Source of the DNA: the human T2T-CHM13v2.0 reference genome, Homo sapiens
Direction: 5' to 3' (one strand)
Assembly: GCF_009914755.1 (NCBI RefSeq)
Contig: NC_060927.1
DNA: 64,000 bases
Positions 15,374 to 28,379 of the stretch are shown here, one piece after another. The notes below the pieces were generated by a model. That model did not search any database. It was not told where the DNA came from and worked only from the letters and a program-made list of their open reading frames with translations. Made by a program: the position numbers and the translations under genes. The stretch's first letter is position 1; every line of letters starts with the position of its first letter.

Positions 15374-16999
15374 ATCTCCGTGACTAGCACAGAGTGGACA
15401 GTAAAATGATGTTTAATTGAATTGTGGAGACAAAGATATGGGAGATATTGCTGCAACCATTTTGGAAATACAATCTGCCACCCATACCTTGTATGGCAGA
15501 TTGCTTCCTTGTTTTTACATTATCCCTGTATTCACTTCCTTGTTCATTGTCTGAGTTCAATCTTGGCTTCAACAATTAGTACTTGTTGAACAATTTCAAC
15601 AATTATGCTTGGGCAGCTTCCTTGACATTTTATGGCTGTTTCCTCATCTGTAAAAGATACTTAATGCGTGGGGTTAACTAATTGTTGTTGTTATTATTCT
15701 TTCTCTGTCCTGTATGGCTGGCTTGGCCTTTCTTGGTTGTGATCCAGAAATTAAGGAAAGGCTTACAAACCTCTCCTTGAAGATGAGGTACTTGGGAGTG
15801 ATAGCAGCATCTATGAGGAAAAGCTCCCACGAACAAAATAAATTTTGGGTTCAGTGGTCAGATCACAAGGTCCATCTGTCCTTCACTTTCCATTCTTGGA
15901 GGATTACTGTTTGGTTTGATTATAGAAACTAGTGGGTTTTCTTAGAGAAGGTGAGAGAAATGTTACTCCATCTTGGGGTTTGTTTTCTGTTCCTTTAAAT
16001 ATAAAGTACTTACTATTCAATCTTGAGAAGAGAATTTAGAAAGTTTCTGCTGAATCCTAATTTTACCCTAATGGCCTATGAAAGCGAATTGGCCTCTCAT
16101 ATAATAGTGTAAGAATTGTATAAAGTCACACAATGAGAGAATTTGGCTTGATGTCTCTAGTTTCTTAACATTAATTTGACCGAATAGGGGAAAAAAGTCT
16201 TCCTCTACTCTGACTTCATAGCTGATTCAAAAATCCCAGGGCTTTAAAAAGGTTGTTTATCTTAGAATGATCCAATGCATGCCTTAAGTAAGTAATTACA
16301 CCAGTATACGTGACACAATATGACAGGTATAGTCTGAAAATCATTTGCAGAAAATTCAGTTGTGTTATCATGAGGTTAATGAAAATCGGTATTTTTGAGA
16401 GTCTATATAATCTCAGAGGGTACAAAAGTAGAGGTAGTGAAATTAATACTGTTTTCAACTGAGCAAGTAGCTTGGAGAGTCCTTGGTGATTATTTCCTAA
16501 CTGATCTCTCCATCCTTCCCATACGTGATAAGAACTTGAGTCCACTCCGTCTGAAAATGAGCATGAGTAGGAGAAAGAAGCTAAACAATCCATCAGTGGT
16601 GATAGGTCCAAATTCACCTACTTGGGGCTTTACTCCACTACTTTAGAATCCCCTATGGCACAATAAGATTGTCCTAGAGTTCTCCCCATTTCCTATTTGC
16701 AATAAGACAGTTTCATGTATCCTTATTCCTAGATTCTCTTTTGAAAGATTAAAAAAAGATGGCAAAGCTTGGAAAGTGCAGACTCAAAATTCCTGTAATG
16801 CAGACATCTACCCACTTCTTTCTCTGTCCCTGGTTTTCTTTATGAACACAAAAGTCCTCTTGCATTTGTCTTACACTTGAGAGAAAAACTGTGCTATCAT
16901 CAATAAGATGAGCATTCCCTCAAAACCATGCCTTTGTGAAGTTACGAACCCCAATCTTCCTTTCTTGGCCATATTTCTTCAAAGAATCCACTCTCTTTA

Positions 17000-18600
17000 T
17001 CTGCCTTTCACTCTGAGGCTCTGACTTCCACTTCCACCAGTCACTCTAGCAGCAGTCACAGGGCTCCCTGCATTGCCAAGTCCAAAGGATGTTTCCCAAG
17101 TTTTATCCTCTTTAACCTCTCTATGGCCTTTGGCACCTTCCATGAGTCTCTTCCTACAAAGCTATCCTCCCTAGCATTCTAGACAGGTCTTTTCCTTGGT
17201 CTTCTCCTGCCTTGCCGGCCTTTCTGTCATAAATAGTCACCATGTCTAATTAGTCACCAAGTCCTGGAGAATCTTAAGATCCTAACATTCTTAAGACCAC
17301 CTGGATTTGACTGTCCACCTTCCCACTTCCCTAAACACCCTTTTGTTCTTCCCATCTCTTAAATGTTAGCTATGTCCCAGGACTCTGCTGTCAAACCCTG
17401 TCCTACTACAGTCTATTATCTTTTATAAACAGTAATACTTTACAAACAGGAGTCATAACATGTCAGTCTCTGCTTGAAACACTGCACTTGTCCCTACAAC
17501 CTGTGCCCCTTCCATTATGTCTCTGAGTTCATGTCCCCCTCCTACCTCTCCCTTCACTCACTCAGTTTCAGTCACGCTGGTCTTTTTTTTGTTCAAATGC
17601 ACAACTGTGCTCCTGCCTCGGGGCCTTTGCATTGACTGTTCCTACTTCCTGGAACACTCTTTCTTCAGATATCTCTCAGGACTTACTTCTCACCTCCATT
17701 TGAGACTTTGCCCAATGTCACCTTCACACTGCATGAAAATTGTAACCTTCCCCTGCCATCTAATAAGGTGATCCCAACCCTTCTCCCACAAGCACCACAA
17801 GAACAAGAATCTTGTTTGCTTTGTTCTCTGATGTATCCTCAGGGTCTAGAACAAGTGCTTCTCACACAGTAGGTGCTCAGTGAATATCTATTCAATGAGT
17901 GATGGCTGAATAAACTCTCCCTGTATCCTCATATACTTCTGTAGATTCAACTACCCATTTTGTTATGATCCAAATCCATGGATTCAGGCCTCACACCCAA
18001 ACCTCAGACCTATACAAATCCATCCGGCCACCGAGAGTCATTCCTTGAACAGCTCCCAGGCATCTCAAACTCAAAATATTCAAAATAGAATTATTTTCTT
18101 CTGCCTTTCTTTTTAAACCTCCTCCCCCTTCTATATTCACTATCTCAGTAAATGGTGTTGCCCACATGTAGTTGTGAGCCAGACGCCTTAGAGTTATCCT
18201 AGACTCCTCTCATTCATTCACATCCAGTCCTGCCTCTGCTTACTTCTCTACCCTCATTTCATACCATGCCCCTCCATTGCCCTGCACTCTGGCCACCACT
18301 GACTTCCATACTTTCATATATGTTTCTCCTTCTCTTATTATGCCTCACGTCTCCCAACCTTCCTCACTCAACTCCAGGCCTAACGTTTATCCCAAGCATC
18401 ATCTTCTTTCCAGGGTTCCTCCCATGGTGCCCAGTGCATACAGACCTTTATCACATTAATAATTAGCTTACCTATCCATCTCCAACACTAGGCTCTGAGG
18501 TCGTAAGGGCAGAGACAATGGCTGAATGCATCCTGGTGTCTAATACAGTACCTGCCATATAGTAGGTGTTTAATACATGTTTGATAAACAAATGGATTTT
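17000..18600 (+). mobile_element. Cluster of L2 fragments
   Basis: L2 3' ends 'acagtaggtgctcagtgaata' (~17870) and 'atagtaggtgtttaatacatgtttg' (~18560); pyrimidine-rich body. Confidence 0.7.
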
Positions 18601-18722
18601 AATAACTCAATTAAGATGTCAGTCTTAAGTATATTATTTTAATTTATGATGAAAAAGTAAAGATTATTATTACAAAAATATAGAGGCTCACAGTGCCTGG
18701 CCCATGGTAAGTAATCAATATA

Positions 18723-20006
18723 TTAGGAGTCTTCAAAAATATTGAAAATGTGTTTTATGAAAAAAAAACTAAGCATGGATTTCAGAATTTTGGGACATTA
18801 AAATAATACTGTACTAACTTGTTAGAATATGTCTGAACAATATCTAGTTTGAGGCACTAAAAAAGGATAAGACATCAGTTTAAAAAGAGCCCCTACAGAG
18901 TAACACAAATTCTGCTAAAATTGAAGCAAAAACAAACATCGTATTTATGGTGAAGCTTCAGTGGAAGAATGGCATTGCTGATGCTTTACAGAAAGTTTAT
19001 GGGGACAATGCCCTAAAGAAATCAGCAGTTTACAAATGGATAACTCATTTTAAGAAAGGACAAGATGATGTTGACAATGAAGTTCACAGCAGTGACCATT
19101 CACATCAATTTGTGAGGAAAAACTTCATCTCGTTTTGCCCTAATTGAAGAGGACCACTGATTAACAGCACAAACAATGGCTAACCATAGACATCTTAATC
19201 GGTTCAGCTTATACAATTCTGTCTGAAAAATTAAAGTTGAGTAAACTTTCCACTCAATGGATGCCAAAACCATTGTGCCCAGATCAGCTGCAAACAAGGC
19301 AGAGCTTTCAATGGAAATTTTAAACAAGTGGAATCAAGATTCTGAAGGATTTCTTCAACGAATTGTAATGAGAGATGAAACGTGGCTTTACAAATATAAT
19401 CCTGAAGACAAAACACAATCAAAACAATGGCTACCAAGAGGTGTAAGTGGTCTAGTCAAAGCAAAAGCAGACAGGTAAAGAGGAAAGGTCATGGCAACAG
19501 GTATCTGAAATGCTCAAGGCATTTTACTTGGTAACTCTCTGGAGGGCCAAAGCATGATAACATCTGCTTATTATGAGAGTGTTTGAGAAAGCTAGCCAAA
19601 GCTGTAGCAGAAAAGTGCTGAGAAAGCTTCATCAGAAATTTTTTCTCTGCAGCAATGCTCCTGCTCGTTCCTCTCAGTAAACAAGGGCAATTTTGTGACT
19701 TTTGACAGAAAATCACTAGGCACCCAACTTACAGTTCTCATTTGGCTCCTTCTGACTTTTTTGTGTTTCCTAATCTTAAAAAGTCTTTAACAGGCACCCA
19801 CTTTTCTTCAGTTAATAATGTAAAAAAGACTGCACTGACATGGTTAAATTCCCAGGACCCTCAGTTCTTTAAGGATGGACCAAACGGCTGGTATCATCAC
19901 TTATAAGTGTCTTCAATGTGATGGAGCTTATGTTGAAAAGTAGAGTTGGTATTTTTATTTGTATCTTTTAGTTCCACTTTTCCATGAACTTTTTGAAGTC
20001 CTCTTG
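18723..20006 (+). mobile_element. Hsmar2 (HSMAR2) mariner DNA transposon, near full length, transposase inactivated
   Basis: Inverted termini 'ggagtcttcaaaaa...' and '...ttccatgaactttttgaagtcctcttg' with flanking TA; ~1.3 kb; ORF fragments 18947-19147 (HTH-like 'ALQKVYGDNALKKSAVYKW') and 19257-19478 ('DETWLYKYNPEDKTQSKQW', first catalytic Asp region); stops and frameshifts. Confidence 0.93.
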
Positions 20007-22889
20007 TATATGTTTTGCTGAATGAATAAGTAAATAAATGGTGAGGAAACAACCTTAACAATAGTAAGGACATATTAAAACAGCATGAAATCAAGTAATG
20101 TGGGTCATTACGAAAGCACTGGAACTCACAAGTAGTGGTGGGAGTATGGCAGGAAATGAGGCAAGAAGGAATAATGAGAGAGATAAGGGGTCTTGAGTGG
20201 GGGCTCTGCTCTCCAGGTAGTGGGTACCTCAATATAGCATGAAGTCAGTAGAGCAATTAATCAGATATGTGGTTTAGAAGGATCCCTCTGTCAGAAGAAT
20301 GAAGAATGAATTGGCAGGAGTTGAATGGGTTGAGATGAATGAAGGAGAAGATTGGACTTTGGAATACCACATAAAAGCCAACGTTAGTAGCTTGTGGGTC
20401 TAAAGTATGAAGGTCTAGCTGGGTTAAAATTGGAGACATTTCAGAAGTCAACATGAATCTTCCCAGGCTAATGGTAGCTGACTTTCTCCCAAAGGCTTGA
20501 ACTATGAATAGACAAGGCTCACAGAGCCCCAGCACTGTCATTGTAGACATTGTATGGCTTAGCTTAAGGGTTGCCCTTATCTTCTAATATAATTAATGAC
20601 CAGCTTGTGAGGTTTCATGGGCTTCAAAAACTCATACAGACACATAAGGCACCACACTTTTTCTTAAGTTACAGATGTTCCTGAAAAAGCTCCAGAAAGA
20701 CAGCAAAGAGCACTGGCTACTTGCCCATTATTTCTCTGGTCCAGAAATCACGGGTTGCACAATGGGAAAAACTGGAGTCACTTCAGGCAACCACCTGCAT
20801 TTATAAAACCCAAGGAACCCTCTTCTTTCCCTGTCTTTTTGCTTTAGGCTGGGTAAAAGGAAGCCTAGTTCTTGGGGTGCTTATCCAAGTATGATCCAGT
20901 TGTGAAAACTGGTTTGGACATCAGAAGGTCCAGGGCATCAGATAGAGTGTTTTTAGATGTCTCAGAACAATATGTCAAAAGGATTCAGCTGGTTATTAAG
21001 GCAGTGCTGCCAAACCTTCCCATTGGACTGACATGATTATTTGTCCTGGCGGGGCCATGGGTCACAAGCTCTTGACTTCCAGAAGCCTTTCTGTCAGACT
21101 AGATTTCCTATAGGGCTATCAAAGAATAAGCCTTGCTTGCATGTATGGCACACTTAAAATTTTTTTAGTTGACAGATAATATTTGTGTGTGTTTATGGGG
21201 CACTTATGATATTTTAATTCATGCATAGAATGTATAATGATCAAGTCAGGGTATTTAGTATATCTATCACCTCAAGCATTTTATCATTTCTTTGTGGTAG
21301 GGACTTTCAAATCTTCTCTTCTGGCTATTTTAAAATATACACTTTCAAAAGTAGTTTTGGGTGGGGGACTGGCAAATTGCTAGGAACCCTGCCACCCAGA
21401 ATTCACATCTGCCTCTTCAGTAGTGACCCTGGAATGAGAAAAGGATACTTGTGTTAAGTGCATTTTTAAAAAGAATGTGAAAATTTGAATTACTTGTTTT
21501 AGATAAAAGCAATAATAATTTGAGACGTTCTAATGTTCATTCTTTTGTTGTTGTTGTTGTTGTTCCAGTGTTCTCCCAGCTTTCCTTGTGCAAAGCCAAG
21601 GAGTCCATGGAGGAATCACCATATTGAAGACACCTGTCCTGGTGCTGTTCCACCAAGTCTCTGGACCAGAACATGAAGCCTCATGATCCAGGACACTCAA
21701 CGAGGGACACTGGAAAGCATCTTTACTATTTACATTCCATTGACAAAGAGCTGTGGTTAAGGACCTGGCCAAATTTGCAGTTGATGAGTGGTCCAGTAGA
21801 GACTTGAGTCATGCCCCAGACTCCAGAGCAATCCCCACTCCTTGGTGAATAATCTGTTTTTTAACTTGTCATTTGCCAAGTTGACACATCATACTACATA
21901 CGGAGTAGCTGGTAAATGCACACTCCATGGTTAGTCTGCTTGCATTCAGATCCAGTTCCACCACCTACAAGTTTACCTGTCTTTAAAATTTTCTTACCTT
22001 AGGATGACAACAAATATCAAATTTTAAAAATCACACAAACTTGGCTACTCTGGAGAAGTCAGTGCTCCCTCTCTCTTCCCTGCTGCTCTTCCATTTGCCT
22101 GAGACCCTCTTTTCCATGCTTTTCTGTCTAGCTCCATCTTTGGATTTCAGTTTGGACTTAATTACCTCAGAGAAGCTTCTTTTGGCCTTCCAAGGTTGAG
22201 TTGGGATCCCCTCTTCTGGGTTCCTATGGCATCATTTCCCCATTCAGCAATTGCCACACTGCTTTTTGTTTCCTTGTCTATCTCCCTAACCAAACTGTGA
22301 GCTAAGGTGTCGACTTTGCTGTTTTTTTTTTACCCCAAGCATCTGATAGTAGTGCATAGTAGGTGCTCAAATATTTGTGGAATCAACAACAACAAAAAAT
22401 AGATAGATGAGTGAATGGACAGATAGCGAGAAGAGAAAAAGGTCAGTAGACAAAGAGTCAAGGATATTCTCCTTGGGACTCCTGAATTCGGACCAGAGAG
22501 TAGGGAAACTGGGGAGGTAGGGGGCGTTGAGGGTGGGATGAGGTGGTGGCTCTGGACCTTAATCTCACGGTCTTCGTTCCCACGGAAAAGGGAGGAGTTT
22601 CTACAACCCAAAGACTCTCTCTGGCTCCCTTGCTAGATCCTGCCTTCTGCCAGAAGACCCCAGAATACAGGCAAAGCCGCCAAAGAACAACAGTTCCAAC
22701 GGTAGGAGCAGAGCTACTGCCTTCAGTGCGCCTCGGATCTGCACGCCCTGCCTATCTTTGGGGTACAGAGAAGGCGCGTACCATGAAAGCCCCAACTTCC
22801 CCTCTTTCTTTTCTCCCACGGTCGGGACCTTAGGGTAGGAGTTTCAAGAGGGGAGAAGCCGGTGGAGCAGTAACAGCCTTCATAATGTC

Positions 22890-23260
22890 TCCAGTCCCGC
22901 TTCCGTCACCTCCCTAAGGCTGCGCCCCCCTCCTGGGGGACGTGCGCTGGGCCCGGGGCCGCCGGGGCGGGGAAGGGTCGGGCCCGGGGCGGGGAGAAGC
23001 GTTTATATGTCGGCGAGGGGCGTGGGAGCTGCCACCCGCTTGCCTGCGGGACACCGGAGTCAAGAGGCTGCCCACGCCGCTGCCTGTCCGTTCCACGGTT
23101 CCGAGGTCTCCACCGTCTCCCCGCGCGCCGCAGGCGGCACCAAACTCTGCGCTCCCCGCGGTGCGCCCTGCCCGCGCAGTGCGCGTCCAGAGGAAATCCG
23201 CCCCGGGCTTTCGAAGTGCAGGGCTGGGGGCTGCATGGAAGTTTCCCCAAGGTAAGTCCA
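22890..23260 (+). promoter_or_regulatory. CpG island promoter with GC boxes and TATA-like element
   Basis: Only CpG-dense non-repeat segment; GGGGCGGGG boxes at ~22964 and ~22986; TTTATAT at 23002-23008. Confidence 0.88.
23030..23251 (+). other. Putative first exon (probably 5'UTR) of an unidentified + strand gene
   Basis: Lies downstream of the TATA-like element and ends at consensus donor AAG|GTAAGT (intron starts 23252). Start is inferred from TATA spacing only. Confidence 0.72.
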
Positions 23261-24370
23261 GGAGCCAACGCTGGGACAGCAAGAGCCAAAACTAGGTTTA
23301 CAAGTGATCAGTAGTTGGATGGGAGGGACCGGCCAGAATAGAGGAGGCTGCATGAGAAAGACTGCGGTGGAGGGAAATAAGTGAATTTCAGAAGCTCAAA
23401 AACTCCTCCTTTGGCTTTTCTCCTCCTCCAAACAAGAGTAACTGCCCTCACCTCGTCTTTCTTTTAATTTTTCGCATCCGACTGTTGAAGAACCTACAGC
23501 ACACTCTTGTCATTCTCTGCTCCCATCTCCGCGTCTCCCACCGCGCACCAGGGCGCCTCCTGAGAGGTGCGTCACCCAACACTGTGTCCTCACAGCACAG
23601 GGCCTGGCGAGTGGCATGTACAGTGGACCACTCTCGGAAACAAATGAATGGAGTTAATCAGGGTGAGTCAGGAAAAGTCACTCCCAAGCCTGTACATTCC
23701 CAGTCTGTACTTTTGTTCTTGCACTTCACACAAATTTATTAAAGAGGGTTGGACTTTTACTGCTGTCTGAGGGGAGGAAGGAAAGCAGAGAAAATGCACC
23801 CTTTTCTCAATTCCCAGAAACATTCTACTCTGAGCGGAACCCCAATTACCTGGCTCAGTATCAACCATGCAAGTAATTTTGAAGAGGAGAGGAGGCAGGC
23901 TGGAAGAGGAAAAAAAATGTTAAAACTAGGAAGTGATTTTCTTTTCTTTTTTGTCCTTTTGTGACAAGGATTTCTCATTCTCTTGTTAAAAGTCTACTCT
24001 ATGGATATATTTAAAGAGGACCTTTTGCCAGTGGATGGGTGTGGGGGTGATAGGAGAGAGGGGTGGTGACGGTGATTAGGAATATCTGAGACAGTAAAAA
24101 TCCTAACACTTGTGGCAGGAAGGATAACAGCAGTTTTCTGTTAAGAATTCTATAGTTACAGAATTCAGCAGTCATGTTACTTTTTCTAAACTAATCTATT
24201 TAATGAGTAGTATTTTTAATATAAAATGTTCAATGTTAAATTTATTGTTCAGTGTCTTCATAGAGGAAGTCACTTACATAAAAATCCTGAAACTTCTAAA
24301 TAATGTTCTTTAAAATACACAGCCTTAATAGTTCTTGTCTTTATAAAAGAGGTTGTCAATTAATTTCTCC

Positions 24371-24637
24371 TTTTTTTTGAGACGGAGTTTCTCTCTTGTT
24401 GCCGGGGCTGGAGTGCAATGCGCCATCTCAGCTCATCGCAACCTCCGCCTCCCGGGTTCAAGCGATTCTCCTGCCTCAGCCTCGCGAGTAGCTGGGATTA
24501 CAGGCATGAGCCACCATGCCCGGCTAATTTTGTATTTTTAGTAGAGACGGGGTTTCTCCATTTTGGTCAGGTTGGTCTCGAACTCCTGACCTTAGGTGAT
24601 CCGCCCGCCTCAGCCTCCCAAAGTGCTGGGATTACAG
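24371..24637 (-). mobile_element. AluS (Sp/Sq-like), slightly 5'-truncated, short tail
   Basis: TSD 'aatttctcc' at 24362-24370 and 24639-24647; lacks the first ~20 nt of consensus. Confidence 0.95.
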
Positions 24638-27392
24638 CAATTTCTCCCTCATTTTATTCCAAAATATTAGAAGTGCAGAGGAGAGAAAAAGAAGGAGAAA
24701 AAAAATACCGTGCCTCAAAAGAAGGTGTGTTTTGGATGTTGTGCCATGTGAAATCAAATTTTATAATGTTCATGAAAGATGTTAGGTTAAGCATTCATTG
24801 GAGAATCATCTTTGGCTTTTATATTTTAGTAATTTAAAAAATTTAATTTTGCTAAATTTTTTGTGAACCAATTCTCCGGAAATACTATTGTTGAATATAA
24901 ATACTTGCAATTTTCATTTTTTCCATTCCCTTCAGATAGTCTGAATTTCAGAAAGTTTCAGTATTTTGAATATTTTGCAGAAAATATTTATTTATTTGTA
25001 TAGACAGTATCAAGAGCATCTAATTAAGTCACCAAATGAAGATCAGGTTGTAAAAATTATGAATAAAAATTGGTGCCTTATTTAATAATCTCTATACTTA
25101 GTACACTATAAAGTCCCACTAATACAATGGTCTTAAAAATGACTAAAAAGAACTTCTCTGTCAGTAAATATCCGCTGACCCTGGAATTCCTCAAAAATAT
25201 GGGTTTGTGAGCTAGACCCCCTGCAAATATATAAAAGTGATCCAGACTAATGATTATGTGTTGTAATCTAAGAATACTCATTCCTACAGTCCTAAGAAAT
25301 AAGTAGGAAGATTAGATTTTCTATGCTTCTTCTTATGCTTCTAAAAGATTCATGAACATGACTTTTCCAGGATGATTGTTGGCCAAAATTATTTTTTTTC
25401 CTTTCCTGACCTTATTGTCGTTATTTAAAGTATAAGGTAGATTAGCTTTGCTCTCCAACAGGTCTAGATTCAAGTTATAGACAAACTCAAACAATGCAGT
25501 TACCTCTCTGAGTCTTATTCTTGTCACCTGTCACATAGGGCAGTGATATCTACCTACCTCACAGGGGTGTATGGGGAAAAAAACAAGATCTTCGTAAAAT
25601 GCCAAGCACAAGTGCTCAATAAATGAGGACAATGGTGATGGCGATGGTGGTGGTAAAGCCATCATCATCATTAGATCAGGCAAATAGAATTGTTTCCAAT
25701 AATTTAGTTACTATTGAGCCCAATTTTATCCTGTGTTCTGACCTCACTCAAATACTTTGTTTCCATGGAATGTAATACATGATTAACAGGAACGAATGAT
25801 CCGCCAAACATTGTAATCTCCTTGGAAGTGTTCTAGTTTGTAGAGATCATGGAGATCATTTAGGGCCTGTCACTCTGGCATGCTGCTATCCTGGAAGAGA
25901 TGTTTGAGGATTGTGGCTGTTTTGCTTTTACTACAAATTTCTTCATATCTTAGGCTTTAGCATTTGAGGAGACTTTTCCGTGAGGGTCAAATTATGCCTG
26001 CAGGTAGGAGGCTTTTAAAAGTGCACTCAGTGTTTTAATTTCTTTAGCTAATGCTTTTGCAATAATAAAAATGTCTTTCTACTTTCAGCAGAAGAGTATT
26101 ATATTTAGATTTTCTGAATTTTAAAGCAGTTACCAAAAGCTACGCTAAGTTTTTCAAAGGAATTTAAAAGGCATAAATGATCCTTTACAAAATAGTGACT
26201 AAAGGCCGACCTTTCTAAATGAAAAAATAACTGAATCTTATTCTCAATTCCTCTTCTGTTTCCTCGCCCTCCTTCCAAAACTGGTTTTTTCTTGAGGTGA
26301 CCCCAAGGCCTTGGCATGGAAATTTAGAGGAGATTACCACATAAAAATAGATACCATTAGCTAATATAAGTCATGTACAGAAGAAAAGATCTTTTGTGTC
26401 TCTTGTATCCCTAATGCTTCCCACAATACCTAGCACTTAGTAGGTATTCAGTAATATTTGGTAAGTGAAGGACTTAAAATTTCAAAATTCTGGCTAAATT
26501 ATGCATCTCATGTAAAGCTGTAGCAGTTGCACTTTGAAAATCCAATAACATGCAAAATCTCAGGGAAAATTCCTAACGTGAAAAATCTCGGGACAAGATA
26601 AAGGAGGCAGTATCATCTTTGTGTCTCTACTTCTGAAGTTCAGTCTTACTAAAACACCTGGTCTATCACTACTGACTCTAAATCTTATCTTTATGAGCTA
26701 TTTTGATTGACTGACATAACCCTAAAAACTAATACATTTAACAGTCCCGAAGAACAGGTCTAAGGAGATGTACTCATTTAATTTTGGAATGATGAGAAAA
26801 TTTTTCCCCAAATGCTCAACTGGTAGAGGGGAGGGAAGAAGAATAGAATATACAAACCAACTTAGTCTTGCAAATGTAAACCTCAGTATTCTCCTTAAGT
26901 CACAAAGGCACAAATAAATATACATGTAACCATTTTAAAACCATTTACAGTTAAGGATGTGAACATTGATTTGACTCTAAAATATTTTTGTATTGCTCTA
27001 AGTACTGTATCCTACACTTTAGAGGGGAAAGATTTTGCCAGAGTTAGTTGGCAAAGGCATTTGTGTTGGCTTGAAAAACCATAAGCTAATCACTTATTTA
27101 GTCCGTTAAAAACAACTTGATTAATGTTTGGTAAGAAATTCTGACTAAAATTCTCCATTATATGCTTCCAAATACAATAGAACTTTGAAGATCATAAGCA
27201 AGTCACAGTCATATTTGGCTATTACTGTTTGTTATAAAACAATACCACAGTATGTCAAATGGTCTGTGTACCATATTTTCGTACCCCTACCTCATCCTAA
27301 GCCAGCATGTGTAGTTAACTTTATAATCTTGTTTACTTTCACATTTTCTCTGGGACAGCTAGAAACTTTAATGTGAAGATGACATTATACAC

Positions 27393-27895
27393 TGTAGCAG
27401 ATTCCCTCAATATCCAGGCTTTTCTCCTCTCTGCTGGCTACAGATAATGTGAGGGCCCTGCCCATATTTTCCCACTGTGTTCCTTCTTTTAGTGCATGCT
27501 GGAGGCTTCTTACTTCAAGCACTGTGACTCTGTCTGAGGGCTTTATCAGGCCTTGGGAGCCTGCCTGACCCATGTAGGGTAGGCCAGAAGGGCCTGGAAG
27601 TAAACACCCCTGGAGCAATACCTTACCCAATAATATATGAAAGTTGGTGAGTAAATACCCCACTTTCTCACATCTTAGGTGAGGCAACTTTTGAGGTATG
27701 AACCATACATTCCTCCAGAGGTACCCAATGGAACCGAGCTCCAGCTGCTCATAGTGGTAACCTACCTGCTCATTAACATTGACTTTTTTCCCTTCTCTGT
27801 CTCACTTCTCCACTCCTTTACCAGGAGTTACCTCCCAAATAAACTAATTGAATGAATTCTTGTCCAGGGTCTGCTTTTGGGAGAACCCAGTCTAC
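27393..27895 (+). mobile_element. LTR16-like (ERVL) solo LTR
   Basis: Begins 'tgtagcag'; 3' 'cctcccaaataaacta...ttgtccagggtctgcttttgggagaaccca'; similar to 14900-15373. Confidence 0.75.
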
Positions 27896-28379
27896 CATAA
27901 ACTTTTTGGCTATTTCAGTAAATGCAGTATAAGTTATACTGCAGTAAACTAAGTATAGCTTATACTTAGCCAAGTGGACTATAGATGCCATTCTAGCCAA
28001 AAAGTAAATCATGAATGGAATTCTTGCTTTCCACAGTGCAGAACAGAATTTTGTCTGTAGCTAATACTGTTTCATTGGTGTCTTGGTGTCTTGTTTAACT
28101 TGTATCTTATTGGTCATAACTGGATCCTAAATTCTCATCGCCTTTTTTGGAAACTGTCATGGGACATGGAGGGAGATATCAGTGAAGATTTGGTGTGACT
28201 CCAGAACAATGAGGGTTTAGTGTGATCCCATAATTAGAGAAATAGCACAAAGAACATATTCTGCTCATGTTATGTAAAGAGGTTCTGGAAAGTGGTTCAA
28301 ACACATGCTCAGTGAAGATAATGCTGGGCCCTTTATTTTCCTGCTGGGTGTTCCTATCCCCTCCACAGGTTGGGTCACC

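Noticed and set aside
18947-19478. Possible domesticated transposase gene
   Set aside because: ORF is broken by stops and frameshifts; the known domesticated human mariner (SETMAR) derives from Hsmar1, not Hsmar2.
23030-23251. Gene symbol for the CpG-island gene
   Set aside because: No coding sequence in the window that I recognise; naming it would be a guess.
22906-23353. Overlapping 80-127 aa ORFs across the CpG island
   Set aside because: Expected from stop-codon scarcity in GC-rich DNA; Arg/Pro/Gly/Ala-rich with no domain, and several rely on non-ATG starts.
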